From the NCBI GenBank assembly GCA_035513995.1, contig DATKBL010000135.1:1-44941 (forward strand): a stretch of 44,941 bases of DNA, written 5' to 3'. This DNA comes from Actinomycetota bacterium (lineage in GTDB: Bacteria > Actinomycetota > UBA4738 > CALAEC01). Shown here piece after piece: positions 1 to 8,867 of this stretch (positions are counted from its first letter, which is position 1; each line of letters opens with the position of its first letter). The notes below the pieces were generated by a model. It was not told the origin of the DNA, made no database searches, and saw nothing but the letters and a program-made list of their open reading frames with translations. The translations under genes were made by a program, and so were the position numbers.

Positions 1-36
1 CGCCGCCCCCCGCCGACCCGGAGGGGCGGACCGATC

Positions 37-1500
37 ATGCAGGAGGAGCGCGGTCCGCGCATCGGGGTCTGGGGGACCTTCGACCTTGAGAACTACGGGG
101 ACATGCTGTTCCCGTGGATCGCCCGGGTGGAGCTCGCCCGCCGCCTCCCCGGGTCCTCGATCCGCGCCTTCTCACCGGTCGGGGCGGGGCTGCCCAACCG
201 GTTCGTGACCGGGGAGGCCGTGGAGCCGCTGGGGCCCTGGGATCCGGCCCGGCTGCTGCGGCTGGCGAGCGAGCTGGATCTCGTCGTGATCGGGGGAGGC
301 GAGATCATCCACGACGGCGATCCGGAGCTCGCCCCCCACTACGGCCTGGACCCCGAGGAGGCGGAGCGGCGAGCCTTCAGCCGGTACTTCCTCGAGGGCC
401 TGGGCAGAGAGCTCGAGCGTGAGTGTCCGGTGATCTGGCACGCCGTCGGCATCCCTCGAGACCTCGAGGGGGAGAGGGCCGAGGAGCTCGCGGAGATCCT
501 GGAGGCGCGGCCCTACCTCTCGGTCCGCGACGAGGTGTCGCTGGACAGGGTGCGGGCGATCGGAGTGAAGCGCGAGGTCGCGCTCGTTCCCGACCCCGCC
601 TTCCTGCTCCCGCGGGTCCTTCCGCCGGAGAACCTGGCCACGCGCCGCCGGCGGCTGAAGGAGGAGGAAGCCCTCCCCGAAGGCCCCTACCTCGCCGTGC
701 AGGGGAACGCCCGGAGCATCCCCTTGGTCCCCGCCGTCGCCGAGGCCCTCCAGGGCATGCTGGCCGACCTCGGCGCCGCGCCGGTGCTGGTCGAGACGGG
801 GCCGATCCACGGCGACCGGTCCTTCGCCGACGCGCTCGAACGGCTGCTTCCGGGTGCGACGCGGATGGCCGGGGGGACGCTCGATCTGGCGGCGACGATC
901 GCTGGCGCCGAGGGCTTCGTCGGCACGTCGCTCCACGGGAGTGTCACCGCGTCCGCATACGGTCGTCCTCGGGTGATCCTCGGATGGGGAGGCGAGACCA
1001 AGCTGCGAGGGCTCGCCGAGCTCCTCGAAGCGCCCGAGACCTGGGTGGACGAGCCCGACGACATCCCGGTGGCCTTCGGGAAGGCCGCGGCGGGGGGCTC
1101 GGAGGAGATCCTGGAGGGCATCGTGGACCGCCTGGACCGGCACTTCGACCGGATCGCCGAGGTGGCGCGGGACCTGCCGGCCGCCCCGCCCGCCGCCGAC
1201 GAGCTCGAGCGCCTCCGTGCGGCCCATGAGGTGCGGGGGCGACAGCTCGTGACGCTCCGGTGGGGGATGGCCGACGTGTTCGCGGGGGCGCGGGACGAGG
1301 CGAAGCGACGGAGGGCCGAGAGCGAGGCCGCGAGCGAGGAGGCCCGGCAGCTCCGCGACGATCGCGAGCGCCTCGAAGGCGAGCTCCATGCCGCGAGGCA
1401 GGAGCTGGAGCGTCTCCAGAACACCAGGACGTTCCGGTACACGTCGGTCCTGAGGCGTTTGTACGGGCGGCTCCGGCGGACGCTCCGGCGCGGCGGATGA
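37..1500 (+). CDS. polysaccharide pyruvyl transferase family protein with a coiled-coil, Arg-rich C-terminal tail
   Basis: 487-aa ORF. The N-terminus GVWGTFDLENYGDMLFP resembles the Gly-rich NxGD start of CsaB/PS_pyruv_trans enzymes. GGAGGGG lies about 9 nt upstream of the ATG. The stop overlaps the next start (ATGA at 1497-1500). Confidence 0.6.
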   Translation: MQEERGPRIGVWGTFDLENYGDMLFPWIARVELARRLPGSSIRAFSPVGAGLPNRFVTGEAVEPLGPWDPARLLRLASELDLVVIGGGEIIHDGDPELAPHYGLDPEEAERRAFSRYFLEGLGRELERECPVIWHAVGIPRDLEGERAEELAEILEARPYLSVRDEVSLDRVRAIGVKREVALVPDPAFLLPRVLPPENLATRRRRLKEEEALPEGPYLAVQGNARSIPLVPAVAEALQGMLADLGAAPVLVETGPIHGDRSFADALERLLPGATRMAGGTLDLAATIAGAEGFVGTSLHGSVTASAYGRPRVILGWGGETKLRGLAELLEAPETWVDEPDDIPVAFGKAAAGGSEEILEGIVDRLDRHFDRIAEVARDLPAAPPAADELERLRAAHEVRGRQLVTLRWGMADVFAGARDEAKRRRAESEAASEEARQLRDDRERLEGELHAARQELERLQNTRTFRYTSVLRRLYGRLRRTLRRGG

Positions 1501-2738
1501 CGATCCGGGTCCGGCCGGCACGAGACCCGCTGGTCTCGGTGCTGATGGTGACCTACGGCGGTGGCGAGTGGCCGCTGCGCTCGCTCGCGACCCTGGTCGA
1601 GCGCACCGACCCGGTCCTCGAGGTGGTCGTGATCGACAACGCCTCGCTCGACGGCACCGGGGAGCTGGTGCGGCAGGGGATCGAGGGCGCCACCGTGATC
1701 CTGAACGATTCCAATCGGGGGCTCTCGGCGGCTCTGAACCAGGCCGCCGCGCTGACCTCGGGTCGGCACCTCCTCCTCCTGAACCCCGACGCCCTCGTGG
1801 GGGAGGGTTGGCTGCCGCCGCTCCTCGAGCGTCTCGAGGAAGCGGGGACGGTGGCCGCCGTGCCCCGACTCCTGGAGCCCGACGGCACCGTCCAGGAGGC
1901 CGGTCAGATCGTGGACCGCATGGGTCAGACCCTCCCGGTGGGCGCCGGGTCCGACGGGGCGGACCCGGGGCACCGGTTCCCACGACCCGTGGAGTACGGG
2001 ACGGGGGCGTGCCTGGTGGTCCGCCGAGCCGACTTCGACGCCGTGGGCGGGATGGACGAGGACTTCCGGCCCGCGTACTGCGAGGACGTCGACCTGGGCT
2101 TCCGGCTGTCGGCGCGGGGTCGCGTCGTCTACGAGCCTCGCTCCACGGTCGTGCATCACGGCGGGGTCTCCGCGAGCGAGGGCGAGCGGCACGAGATGAT
2201 CCTGCGCAACCGCCGGGTGCTGCTGGAGAAGTGGGGCCAGCGCCTGGCGGAGCGCCCCGTCCTCCGCGATCTCGAGGGCCACCCCCACCGACCCCTCGCC
2301 CTCCGCGACCTCGGGATGATCGAGCGGCTGCTCGTGGTCACCGACGACCTCCCCGAGGGGCCGCTGGCCGAACTGCTGGGGACCCTCGCGGAGCCGCTCG
2401 ACATGCTCGTGACTGTCGCCTGTCGGGGAGGGGACGCCGAGCGGGCGCTCGAGCTGGCGGAGCGCGGGGTGGAGGTCGTCATGGCTCCGCCCGACGGCTG
2501 GTTCGAGGAACGGCTGTTCCACTACTCGGGCGTGCTGACGGCCGGGACCGACGCCCGGCTCGTCGCCGGGGCGGCTCGGAGCCAGCCGCAGGCCACGCGC
2601 CTGGCCATCCCGGGACTCGCGGACGGAGCCGAGGCGGTGGTCGCGTTCGGCCCGGCGAGCGCGGACGCTCCCGTGCTGCGGCTCGACCTCGATGCGGGGT
2701 TCGAGGACCTGCTCGCCCTGATCGGCCGCGCGGCCTGA
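1497..2738 (+). CDS. family 2 glycosyltransferase with an extra C-terminal domain of about 130 aa
   Basis: In-frame ATG at 1497 within ORF 1260..2738. VSVLMVTYGG...VVVIDNASLDGT...LLLLNPDA...GACLVVRR..F..VGGMDE.F are typical GT2 (GT-A fold) motifs. Translationally coupled to the upstream gene. Confidence 0.8.
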   Translation: MTIRVRPARDPLVSVLMVTYGGGEWPLRSLATLVERTDPVLEVVVIDNASLDGTGELVRQGIEGATVILNDSNRGLSAALNQAAALTSGRHLLLLNPDALVGEGWLPPLLERLEEAGTVAAVPRLLEPDGTVQEAGQIVDRMGQTLPVGAGSDGADPGHRFPRPVEYGTGACLVVRRADFDAVGGMDEDFRPAYCEDVDLGFRLSARGRVVYEPRSTVVHHGGVSASEGERHEMILRNRRVLLEKWGQRLAERPVLRDLEGHPHRPLALRDLGMIERLLVVTDDLPEGPLAELLGTLAEPLDMLVTVACRGGDAERALELAERGVEVVMAPPDGWFEERLFHYSGVLTAGTDARLVAGAARSQPQATRLAIPGLADGAEAVVAFGPASADAPVLRLDLDAGFEDLLALIGRAA

Positions 2739-2741
2739 GGA

Positions 2742-5700
2742 TCAGCCGGCCCGGCGGAGCCAGATCTCGACGGGGGCGCCCTCGATCTCCACGCTCGAGC
2801 GTTGCCCGTCCGCCCGCGGGTCGCCGAGCGAGACGGCGAGGACCTCTCCCCTGATCCACCCCTCGTGCGCCTCGATCGCCCGCTCCAGGTCGCCGGATGC
2901 CCGCAGGGCTAGATCGATGCGGTCGGCGACGTCGAGCCCGGCCCCCTTCCGCGCGTCCTGGACGGCTCGGACCACCTCGCGGGCCAGCCCCTCGAGCCGG
3001 AGCGCCTCGGTGAGCTCCAGGTCGAGGGCGACGGTGACCCCGCCCTCGCTCGCGACGCCCCATCCCTCGCGGGTCTGGCGCCGGAGCTCGACGTCGCCGG
3101 TGGCGAGCTCGACGGGGCCCGAGGGGAGCTCGACCTGCACCGTCTCCCCGGAGGCCAACGCCCCGGCCAGCGAGCCGTCGTCGGCCTCGAGCGCCGCCGC
3201 GACCTCTTGGACCCGCGGCCCCAGCTTCGGCCCCAGCTCCCGGAAGCTCGGCTTCGCGCGCCAGCCCGAGAGCTCCTCGGCCGAGGAGGTCAGGTCGACC
3301 TCCTTCACGTTGAGCTCCTCCGAGACGAGGTCGAGCAGCGGCGTCAGCGCGCTTCCGTCGCCGGGCAGGTGCACGACGGCTCGGGCCAGAGGCTGACGGA
3401 CGCGAACGCCGGCCTCGGTGCGCGCGGCGCGGCCCAGCGAAGCGGCGGCCCGGGCCAGCGACATGCTTTCCTCGAGTCCGGGGTCGAGGGCCTCCTCGTG
3501 CGCCTCGGGGTAGTCGGCCAGGTGCACCGACTCGGGCGCGGCCGGGTCGGTCCCCGCCACCAGGTTCTGATGGAGCTCCTCGGCCACGAACGGGGTGAAG
3601 GGAGCCAGGAGCGTGGCGATCGTGGTGAGACACTCGTGCAGGGTGGCGAACGCGGCGGCCTTATCACGATCGTCGTCGGGCCCGGCCGGGTCCCAGAAGC
3701 GCCGCCGAGCCCTGCGCACGTACCAGTTCGAGAGGTCGTCGACGAGCCCGTCGATCGCGCGCGCGGCGGCCGTGGCGTCGAACCCCTCGAGGCCCTCCCG
3801 AGCGGCGCGGATCGTTCCGTGGAGGCGCGAGCGGATCCACCGGTCGAGCACCGGCCGCTCGCCGGGCGGCACGGGGTCGGCGGCCGGATCAACATCGTCG
3901 ATCGTCGCGTACGTGACGAAGAAGGAGTACGTGTTCCACAGCGTCAGGAGGAAGCGCCGCAGGGTCTCCCGGACCGCCTCGGGGAACACCCGGCGGGTCT
4001 GCCACGCGGGGCCGGCCGTGAACAGGTACCAGCGGAGCGCGTCGGCGCCCTCGGACCCGATGATCGTCCAGGGGTCGATCACGTTCCCCAGCGACTTCGA
4101 CATCTTTCGGCCGTCCTTGTCGACGATCAGGCCGAGGACGAGGCAGTTGCGGTACGCCGACTCGTCGAACAGGAGCACCCCTTCGGCCATCAGCGAGTAG
4201 AACCACCCGCGCGTCTGGTCGACGGCTTCGCAGATGAAGTCGGCGGGGTAGCGGCGCTCGAACATCTCCTGGCCGCGGCCCAGGTCGGGGTGGTAGCCCC
4301 ACTGCGCGAAGGGCATCGCTCCCGAGTCGTACCAGGCGTCGATCACGTCGGGGAGGCGGCGCGCCTCGCCCCCGCAGTCGGGGCAGGCGATCTCGACCTC
4401 GTCGATGTCGGGGCGGTGCGGGTCCACCGAGGTGACGTCCCGGCCGGCGAGGCGGGAGAGCTCCTCGAGCGACCCGACGACGGTGTCGTGACCCTCGTCG
4501 CACCGCCACACGGGCAGCGGCGTCCCCCAGTAGCGCGCCCGTGAGAGCGCCCAGTCCACGTTGTTCTCGAGCCAGTTGCCGTAGCGGCCGTGCTTGATGT
4601 GGTCGGGGTACCAGCCGACGTTCTCGTTCGCGGCGAGCAGATCGGCCTTCCGCCGGGTGGTGAGGACGTACCAGGATGTGCGCGCGTAGTAGATCAGCGG
4701 CGTGGAGCATCGCCAGCACAGCGGATACGTGTGCTCGATCGTCCCGGCCCGGACGAGGAGGCCCCGGGCCTCGAGGTCGGCGACGATGTCGGGGTCGGCG
4801 TCCTTGACGAACCTCTCCCGGACGAACCCGGGCGCCGCGTCGGTGAAGCGGCCGCGGTCGTCGACGGGGTTGAGCACCGGCCAGCCTTCGCGCCGCCCGA
4901 TCTCGAGGTCCTCGGCTCCGAACGCGGGGGAGAGGTGGACGATCCCCGACCCGTCGTCCATCGACACGAAGTCCGCGCCCACCACCCGATAGACCCCTTC
5001 GCCCTCGACCGTGTCGAAGAGCGGGGCGTAGCGGAGCCCCACGAGCCGGGCGCCGGGGAGTCGCTCCACCGGGGCGGCGTCTTCGCCCAGCAGCTCCTCG
5101 CGGCGACCCTCGGCCAGGACGAGCCGCTCGCCGTCCCGCTCGACCACCGCATACTCCTCGTCGGGGTGGACGGCCACACCGGTGTTGGAGATGAGGGTCC
5201 AGGGCGTCGTGGTCCAGCCCACCAGGTGCGCGCCCTCGAGGTCCCCCTCGGTCACCGTGAACCGCACGAAGACGCTGGGGTCGGTGACCTGCGTGTAGCC
5301 CATCGAGACCTCGTGGTCCGAGAGCGAAGTCTCGCACCTGGGGCACCAGGGGACGATCTTGAAGTCCTCCGCCAGGAGGTCCTTGCGGTGCAGCTCCTTC
5401 AGGGACCACCACACGCTCTGGACGTAGTCGGGGTCCATCGTCCGGTACGCGTCGGAGAGGTCGAGCCAGAACGCGATCCGCTCGGTGAGGCGCTCCCAGT
5501 CCTTCACGTAGCGCGTCACCGAGTCGCGGCATCGCCGGTTGAACTCCGCGATGCCGAACTCCTCGATGTCGCGCTTTGTCGCGACGCCGATCTCCTTCTC
5601 GACCTCGAGCTCGACCGGGAGCCCGTGGCAGTCCCAGCCGCCCTTCCTCGGCACCGAGTAGCCGGTCATCGTGCGGTAGCGGGGGAAGACGTCCTTGAAG

Positions 5701-5894
5701 GCTCGGGACAGGACGTGGTGGATGCCGGGCTTGCCGTTCGCGGTCGGGGGCCCCTCGTAGAAAACCCACTCGGGCGCGCCCTCGCGCTGCTCGATGGTCT
5801 TGCGGAACACGTCGCGCTCGCGCCAGAACGCCAGGACGCGCTCCTCGAGCTGGGGGAAGTCGACCCGCGGGTCCACCGGGCGGTACCTCGGCAT
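2742..5894 (-). CDS. ileS: isoleucine--tRNA ligase (type 2, actinobacterial/eukaryote-like)
   Basis: 1050-aa ORF with the HIGH-region variant PPTANGKPGIHHV, the KMSKS motif (KMSKSLGN) and IleRS-wide similarity. GAGGAGGA Shine-Dalgarno (SD) sequence directly upstream of the ATG at 5894. Confidence 0.97.
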   Translation of the reverse strand: MPRYRPVDPRVDFPQLEERVLAFWRERDVFRKTIEQREGAPEWVFYEGPPTANGKPGIHHVLSRAFKDVFPRYRTMTGYSVPRKGGWDCHGLPVELEVEKEIGVATKRDIEEFGIAEFNRRCRDSVTRYVKDWERLTERIAFWLDLSDAYRTMDPDYVQSVWWSLKELHRKDLLAEDFKIVPWCPRCETSLSDHEVSMGYTQVTDPSVFVRFTVTEGDLEGAHLVGWTTTPWTLISNTGVAVHPDEEYAVVERDGERLVLAEGRREELLGEDAAPVERLPGARLVGLRYAPLFDTVEGEGVYRVVGADFVSMDDGSGIVHLSPAFGAEDLEIGRREGWPVLNPVDDRGRFTDAAPGFVRERFVKDADPDIVADLEARGLLVRAGTIEHTYPLCWRCSTPLIYYARTSWYVLTTRRKADLLAANENVGWYPDHIKHGRYGNWLENNVDWALSRARYWGTPLPVWRCDEGHDTVVGSLEELSRLAGRDVTSVDPHRPDIDEVEIACPDCGGEARRLPDVIDAWYDSGAMPFAQWGYHPDLGRGQEMFERRYPADFICEAVDQTRGWFYSLMAEGVLLFDESAYRNCLVLGLIVDKDGRKMSKSLGNVIDPWTIIGSEGADALRWYLFTAGPAWQTRRVFPEAVRETLRRFLLTLWNTYSFFVTYATIDDVDPAADPVPPGERPVLDRWIRSRLHGTIRAAREGLEGFDATAAARAIDGLVDDLSNWYVRRARRRFWDPAGPDDDRDKAAAFATLHECLTTIATLLAPFTPFVAEELHQNLVAGTDPAAPESVHLADYPEAHEEALDPGLEESMSLARAAASLGRAARTEAGVRVRQPLARAVVHLPGDGSALTPLLDLVSEELNVKEVDLTSSAEELSGWRAKPSFRELGPKLGPRVQEVAAALEADDGSLAGALASGETVQVELPSGPVELATGDVELRRQTREGWGVASEGGVTVALDLELTEALRLEGLAREVVRAVQDARKGAGLDVADRIDLALRASGDLERAIEAHEGWIRGEVLAVSLGDPRADGQRSSVEIEGAPVEIWLRRAG

Positions 5895-6100
5895 CCGTCC
5901 TCCTCGTCGTCATTCGGATGCGAGGACGGGGCGCGGCCCCGCGGTACCACCTCGCTTGACGCGCGCCTCGCGGCGGCGCCCGCTCGCAGCTCGCCGGGCA
6001 CGCGCCCGCCGAGCGCCGCTGTCACGGGCGGACCCGGCGCCCCCTACCGCCGTTCGGGGACGCGGCTCGGGGAGGATCTCCGGTCGGACCTCGCGTGCCG
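5895..6100 (-). promoter_or_regulatory. T-box leader of ileS, apparently the translational (SD-sequestering) type
   Basis: The minus strand reads GAGGUGGUACCGCGGGGCCGCGCCCCGUCCUCG (plus coordinates about 5921-5953) and contains the conserved T-box core GGUGGUACCGCG. The downstream segment CCGUCCUC (5922-5929) is complementary to GAGGACGG (5895-5902), which covers the SD up to the AUG. The only Ile codon in the leader (AUC, complement of 6075-6077) caps a short GGAG/CUCC helix. The 5' boundary is approximate. Confidence 0.75.
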
Positions 6101-6213
6101 GGCTCCCACCGTCCCCGGCTCGCTCCTACGAGGCGCCCCGTCCGGCGCTGTTCCCGTCGTCGCCTGTCCGGTGGATGGTAGCAGGCGGCCGCTCCCCGGG
6201 GTATGAACCAAGC

Positions 6214-6516
6214 ATGCCACCCTGGGCGCGTCCCGGACCCGACGGCTGCACCCTGACGGTGCGGGTCGTCCCCCGGTCCCCGCGAACCGGCGTGGAGGCC
6301 GGCGACGAGACCGTCGTCGTCCGCGTCCGGGCCGCCCCCGAGCGCGGGCGGGCCACCGAGGAGGCGGTTCGCCGGCTGGCGGAGGTCCTCCGCGTCGCCC
6401 CTTCCCGGATCGCCCTCCGATCGGGACCGCGGAGCCGGGCGAAGGTCTTCTCGATCGCCGGCCTCACGGCGCGGGAGGCCGCCCGGCGGCTCACAGGGCG
6501 GGGATCTCGGGCCTGA
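6214..6516 (+). CDS. DUF167 (YggU-like) family protein
   Basis: In-frame ATG at 6214 of ORF 5794..6516. The pattern L.V.V.P.S....V......VVVRV.A.PE.G.A......LA..L.V....I.L..G..SR.K.F.I.G matches the DUF167 fold family. Confidence 0.7.
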   Translation: MPPWARPGPDGCTLTVRVVPRSPRTGVEAGDETVVVRVRAAPERGRATEEAVRRLAEVLRVAPSRIALRSGPRSRAKVFSIAGLTAREAARRLTGRGSRA

Positions 6517-6526
6517 GGAGGCTCCG

Positions 6527-6952
6527 TTGCCGGGGGCGGGGCCCCGTGCTACCGTTCGCCGCGATCCCATGCCTGCGAAAAAGCTGACGAAGCAGGAGAT
6601 GAAGGAGTTCCGCAAGCACCTGGAGGAGGAGCGTGACGAGCTCCAGCGCCAGGAGCGGGAGCTCGAGGAGACCTCGTTCGGCACGTCCCAGTCCGAGCTC
6701 TCCGGCGAGATGGCGTTCGACGAGGAGTTCGCGGACGCCGGTACCGCCACGTTCGAGCGCGAGAAGGACCTCAGCATCTCCAACAACATCAAGGACCTCC
6801 TCCTCAAGATCGAGCACGCCCTGAAGAGGATCGACGAAGGGACCTACGGGATCTGCGAGAAGTGCGGCAACCCGATCGAGAAGGCGAGGCTGCGGGCGCT
6901 CCCGTACGCCAACCTGTGCATCAAGGACGCGCAGGCCGAGGGCCGGCACTGA
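6527..6952 (+). CDS. TraR/DksA-family zinc-finger protein
   Basis: Coiled-coil N-terminal half followed by GICEKCGNPIEKARLRALPYANLCIKD (CxxC-N17-CxxD). The TTG at 6527 is preceded by GAGGAG with a 6-nt spacer. The alternative ATG at 6569 has no SD. Confidence 0.75.
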   Translation: MPGAGPRATVRRDPMPAKKLTKQEMKEFRKHLEEERDELQRQERELEETSFGTSQSELSGEMAFDEEFADAGTATFEREKDLSISNNIKDLLLKIEHALKRIDEGTYGICEKCGNPIEKARLRALPYANLCIKDAQAEGRH

Positions 6953-7419
6953 CCGGCCGGGGCCGGCTCGCCGTCCTCCTCTACGCGACGGCGGCGGTCG
7001 CGTACGCCCTCGACCGGGTGACGAAGTGGCTGGCCGAGGCCCACCTCGCCGGGCGCCCCCCGATCGAGGTGATCCCGGGGGTCTTCCAGCTCCGCTACAC
7101 CACCAACCCCGGCGGGGCCTTCGGGCTGTTCGGCGGGCAGGTCTGGCTGTTCGCGACGATGAGCCTCGTCGTCCTGGTCGTTGTGGTGCTGGCCTCGCGG
7201 GACCTCCCCGGGAGGGCGTCGGCGATCGGGCTGGGGCTCGTGCTCGCCGGCGCCCTCGGCAACCTCACCGACCGGGTCATCCGGGGGCCGGGGTTCTCGG
7301 GCGAGGTGGTCGACTTCCTCGACTTCCACGTGTGGCCGGTGTTCAACGTGGCGGACAGCGCCATCGTGGTGGGGGCGGCGACCCTGCTCCTCCTGGGGGT
7401 TCGCCGGACGGAGCCGTGA
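6916..7419 (+). CDS. lspA: lipoprotein signal peptidase II
   Basis: Motifs NPGGAFG, GALGNLTDR and VFNVADS, with 4 hydrophobic segments. The start is uncertain: GTG at 6916 is chosen (a short basic N-terminus before TM1). The ORF-track GTG at 6862 would overlap the upstream gene by 90 nt. Confidence 0.85.
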   Translation: MHQGRAGRGPALTGRGRLAVLLYATAAVAYALDRVTKWLAEAHLAGRPPIEVIPGVFQLRYTTNPGGAFGLFGGQVWLFATMSLVVLVVVVLASRDLPGRASAIGLGLVLAGALGNLTDRVIRGPGFSGEVVDFLDFHVWPVFNVADSAIVVGAATLLLLGVRRTEP

Positions 7420-8309
7420 CCAGAGTCACCGTCCGCGGGCGGCCCGGACGGCTCGACGCCGTGCTGGCCGAGGCGGCGGGGGTCTCTCGCGCGGACGCCC
7501 AACGGGCGATCGAGGCCGGGGGGGTGCTCGTGGACGGCGTGCCGCGGCTCAAGGCCCACCGGCTGTCCGGCGGCGAGCGCATCGAGGCCGACCTTCCCGA
7601 GACCGGGGAGCTCGAGCCGGAGCAGGGGGGCGTCCCGGTTCGGTTCGAGGACGAGCACGTGCTCGTGATCGCCAAGCCCGCCGGGATCGTCACCCACCCC
7701 ACCGCGTCGCGTCGGAGCGGCACGCTTGTGAACCGACTCCTGGGCATGGGGGTCGCGCTCTCGCAGGGAAGCGACCCTGACCGGCCCGGGATCGTCCACC
7801 GACTCGACGCCGGCACCTCGGGCCTGTTGCTCGTGGCCAAGACCGACGAGGCGCACGAGGCGCTCGTGAGGCTGCTGGCGGCTCGCGAGGTCGAGCGCGA
7901 GTACCTGGCGCTCGTGCGGGGCGTCGTCCCTCACGACGACTTCGCCGTGGATGCGCCGCTGGAACGCCGGGGGACCCGGGTGCGCGTCCGCAGGGGGAGC
8001 GGCGCCGAAGCGGAGACCGCGTTCTCGGTGGCGGAGCGACTCGAGCGCGAGACGCTGCTGGCCGCCCGTCCTCGGACGGGCCGCACCCATCAGATCCGGG
8101 CCCACCTCTCCTCGATCGGCCATCCGATCCTCGGGGACCGGGCCTACGGCGGGGGAGGCGACGACGCGAGGCGGCTGGGGCTGACGAGGCCTTTCCTCCA
8201 CGCCCGGCGGCTCAGCCTGGTCCATCCGATCACCGGGGAGCCGCTCGAGGTCGAGGAGCCGCTGCCGGAAGACCTCCGGGCCGCCCTGGAGCGAGCGCGG
8301 CGACCTTAA
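7416..8309 (+). CDS. rluD: RluA-family 23S rRNA pseudouridine synthase (RluD-like, with N-terminal S4 domain)
   Basis: GTG at 7416 overlaps the lspA stop (GTGA). Contains an S4-like VSRADAQRAIEAGGVLVDG, the catalytic HRLDAGTSGLLLVAK, and RTGRTHQIRAH. Confidence 0.9.
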   Translation: MTRVTVRGRPGRLDAVLAEAAGVSRADAQRAIEAGGVLVDGVPRLKAHRLSGGERIEADLPETGELEPEQGGVPVRFEDEHVLVIAKPAGIVTHPTASRRSGTLVNRLLGMGVALSQGSDPDRPGIVHRLDAGTSGLLLVAKTDEAHEALVRLLAAREVEREYLALVRGVVPHDDFAVDAPLERRGTRVRVRRGSGAEAETAFSVAERLERETLLAARPRTGRTHQIRAHLSSIGHPILGDRAYGGGGDDARRLGLTRPFLHARRLSLVHPITGEPLEVEEPLPEDLRAALERARRP

Positions 8310-8367
8310 TCGAGCGCTCAGGTCCGGTCGGTATCGTCGGCCTCGTCCCACCATGAAGGAGGACGTG

Positions 8368-8445
8368 ATGAGGGAGGCGATACGACGCCGGGACCGAGCC
8401 CTGCTCCTCGTGATGCAGCTGACGGCCGTCTTCGCGCCGTTCTGA
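8368..8445 (+). CDS. candidate small ORF (25 aa, MREAIRRRDRALLLVMQLTAVFAPF)
   Basis: A strong SD (GAAGGAGGA, 8356-8364) lies 3 nt (GGAGG core 5 nt) upstream of the ATG at 8368, in an otherwise empty gap between convergent genes. No family is recognisable and the ORF contains rare ATA/CGA codons. Confidence 0.25.
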   Translation: MREAIRRRDRALLLVMQLTAVFAPF

Positions 8446-8450
8446 CGGCC

Positions 8451-8858
8451 CTAGCGGCGCTGGGTCAGCCGCCGCCGGAGGAACTCCGCGTCTTCTCGCC
8501 ACACGCGGGCGAAGTTGAGCGGCACGCGACGTCCGCTCGAGTCCCGAAGGACGAGGCGCACCCAGAGGCGCCCCACCGTGTGCTCGACCACCTCGGTGTC
8601 GTTCCGGTCGAGGGTCACGTCGAGCTTCGGGGTGCCTGCCCCTCGCGCCGGGGGGATCGCCACGATCACCCGGCGGTTGGTGAGCGCCACGTGCCGAGGA
8701 CGCAGGAAGAGGAAGAAGCCGATCGGCCCGAGCAGGGCCGCCCAGATCGTGCGCGGCCCCTTCATCGCCTCGGCGGCTCGCAGCACCCGTTCCTTGTCCT
8801 CGAGGAAGGGCGCGGCCGTCTCGCGCACACGGGTGGCGAGGCTCTTCTTGGGCGGCAC
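8451..8858 (-). CDS. hypothetical protein, possibly bacterial PH-like; paralog of 8868..9242
   Basis: 135-aa ORF with a GTG start and high GC3. It shares the pattern AAP[FM]LE..E.V......K.P........R...LT[ND]RR.[IL]V with the gene immediately upstream. Confidence 0.6.
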   Translation of the reverse strand: MPPKKSLATRVRETAAPFLEDKERVLRAAEAMKGPRTIWAALLGPIGFFLFLRPRHVALTNRRVIVAIPPARGAGTPKLDVTLDRNDTEVVEHTVGRLWVRLVLRDSSGRRVPLNFARVWREDAEFLRRRLTQRR

Positions 8859-8867
8859 GGGGCAAGC

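Noticed and set aside
172-2522. Long minus-strand ORFs (172..1983 at 603 aa; 687..2522 at 611 aa), plus similar ones elsewhere: 3889..5913 (-), 10409..13849 (-), 18569..20590 (-), 28327..31872 (+), 28340..30343 (-), 39609..41321 (-) and 42941..44899 (-).
   Set aside because: They are antisense or off-frame shadows of genes with clear family signatures. Their translations are Arg/Pro/Gly-rich low-complexity sequence typical of non-coding frames in high-GC DNA.
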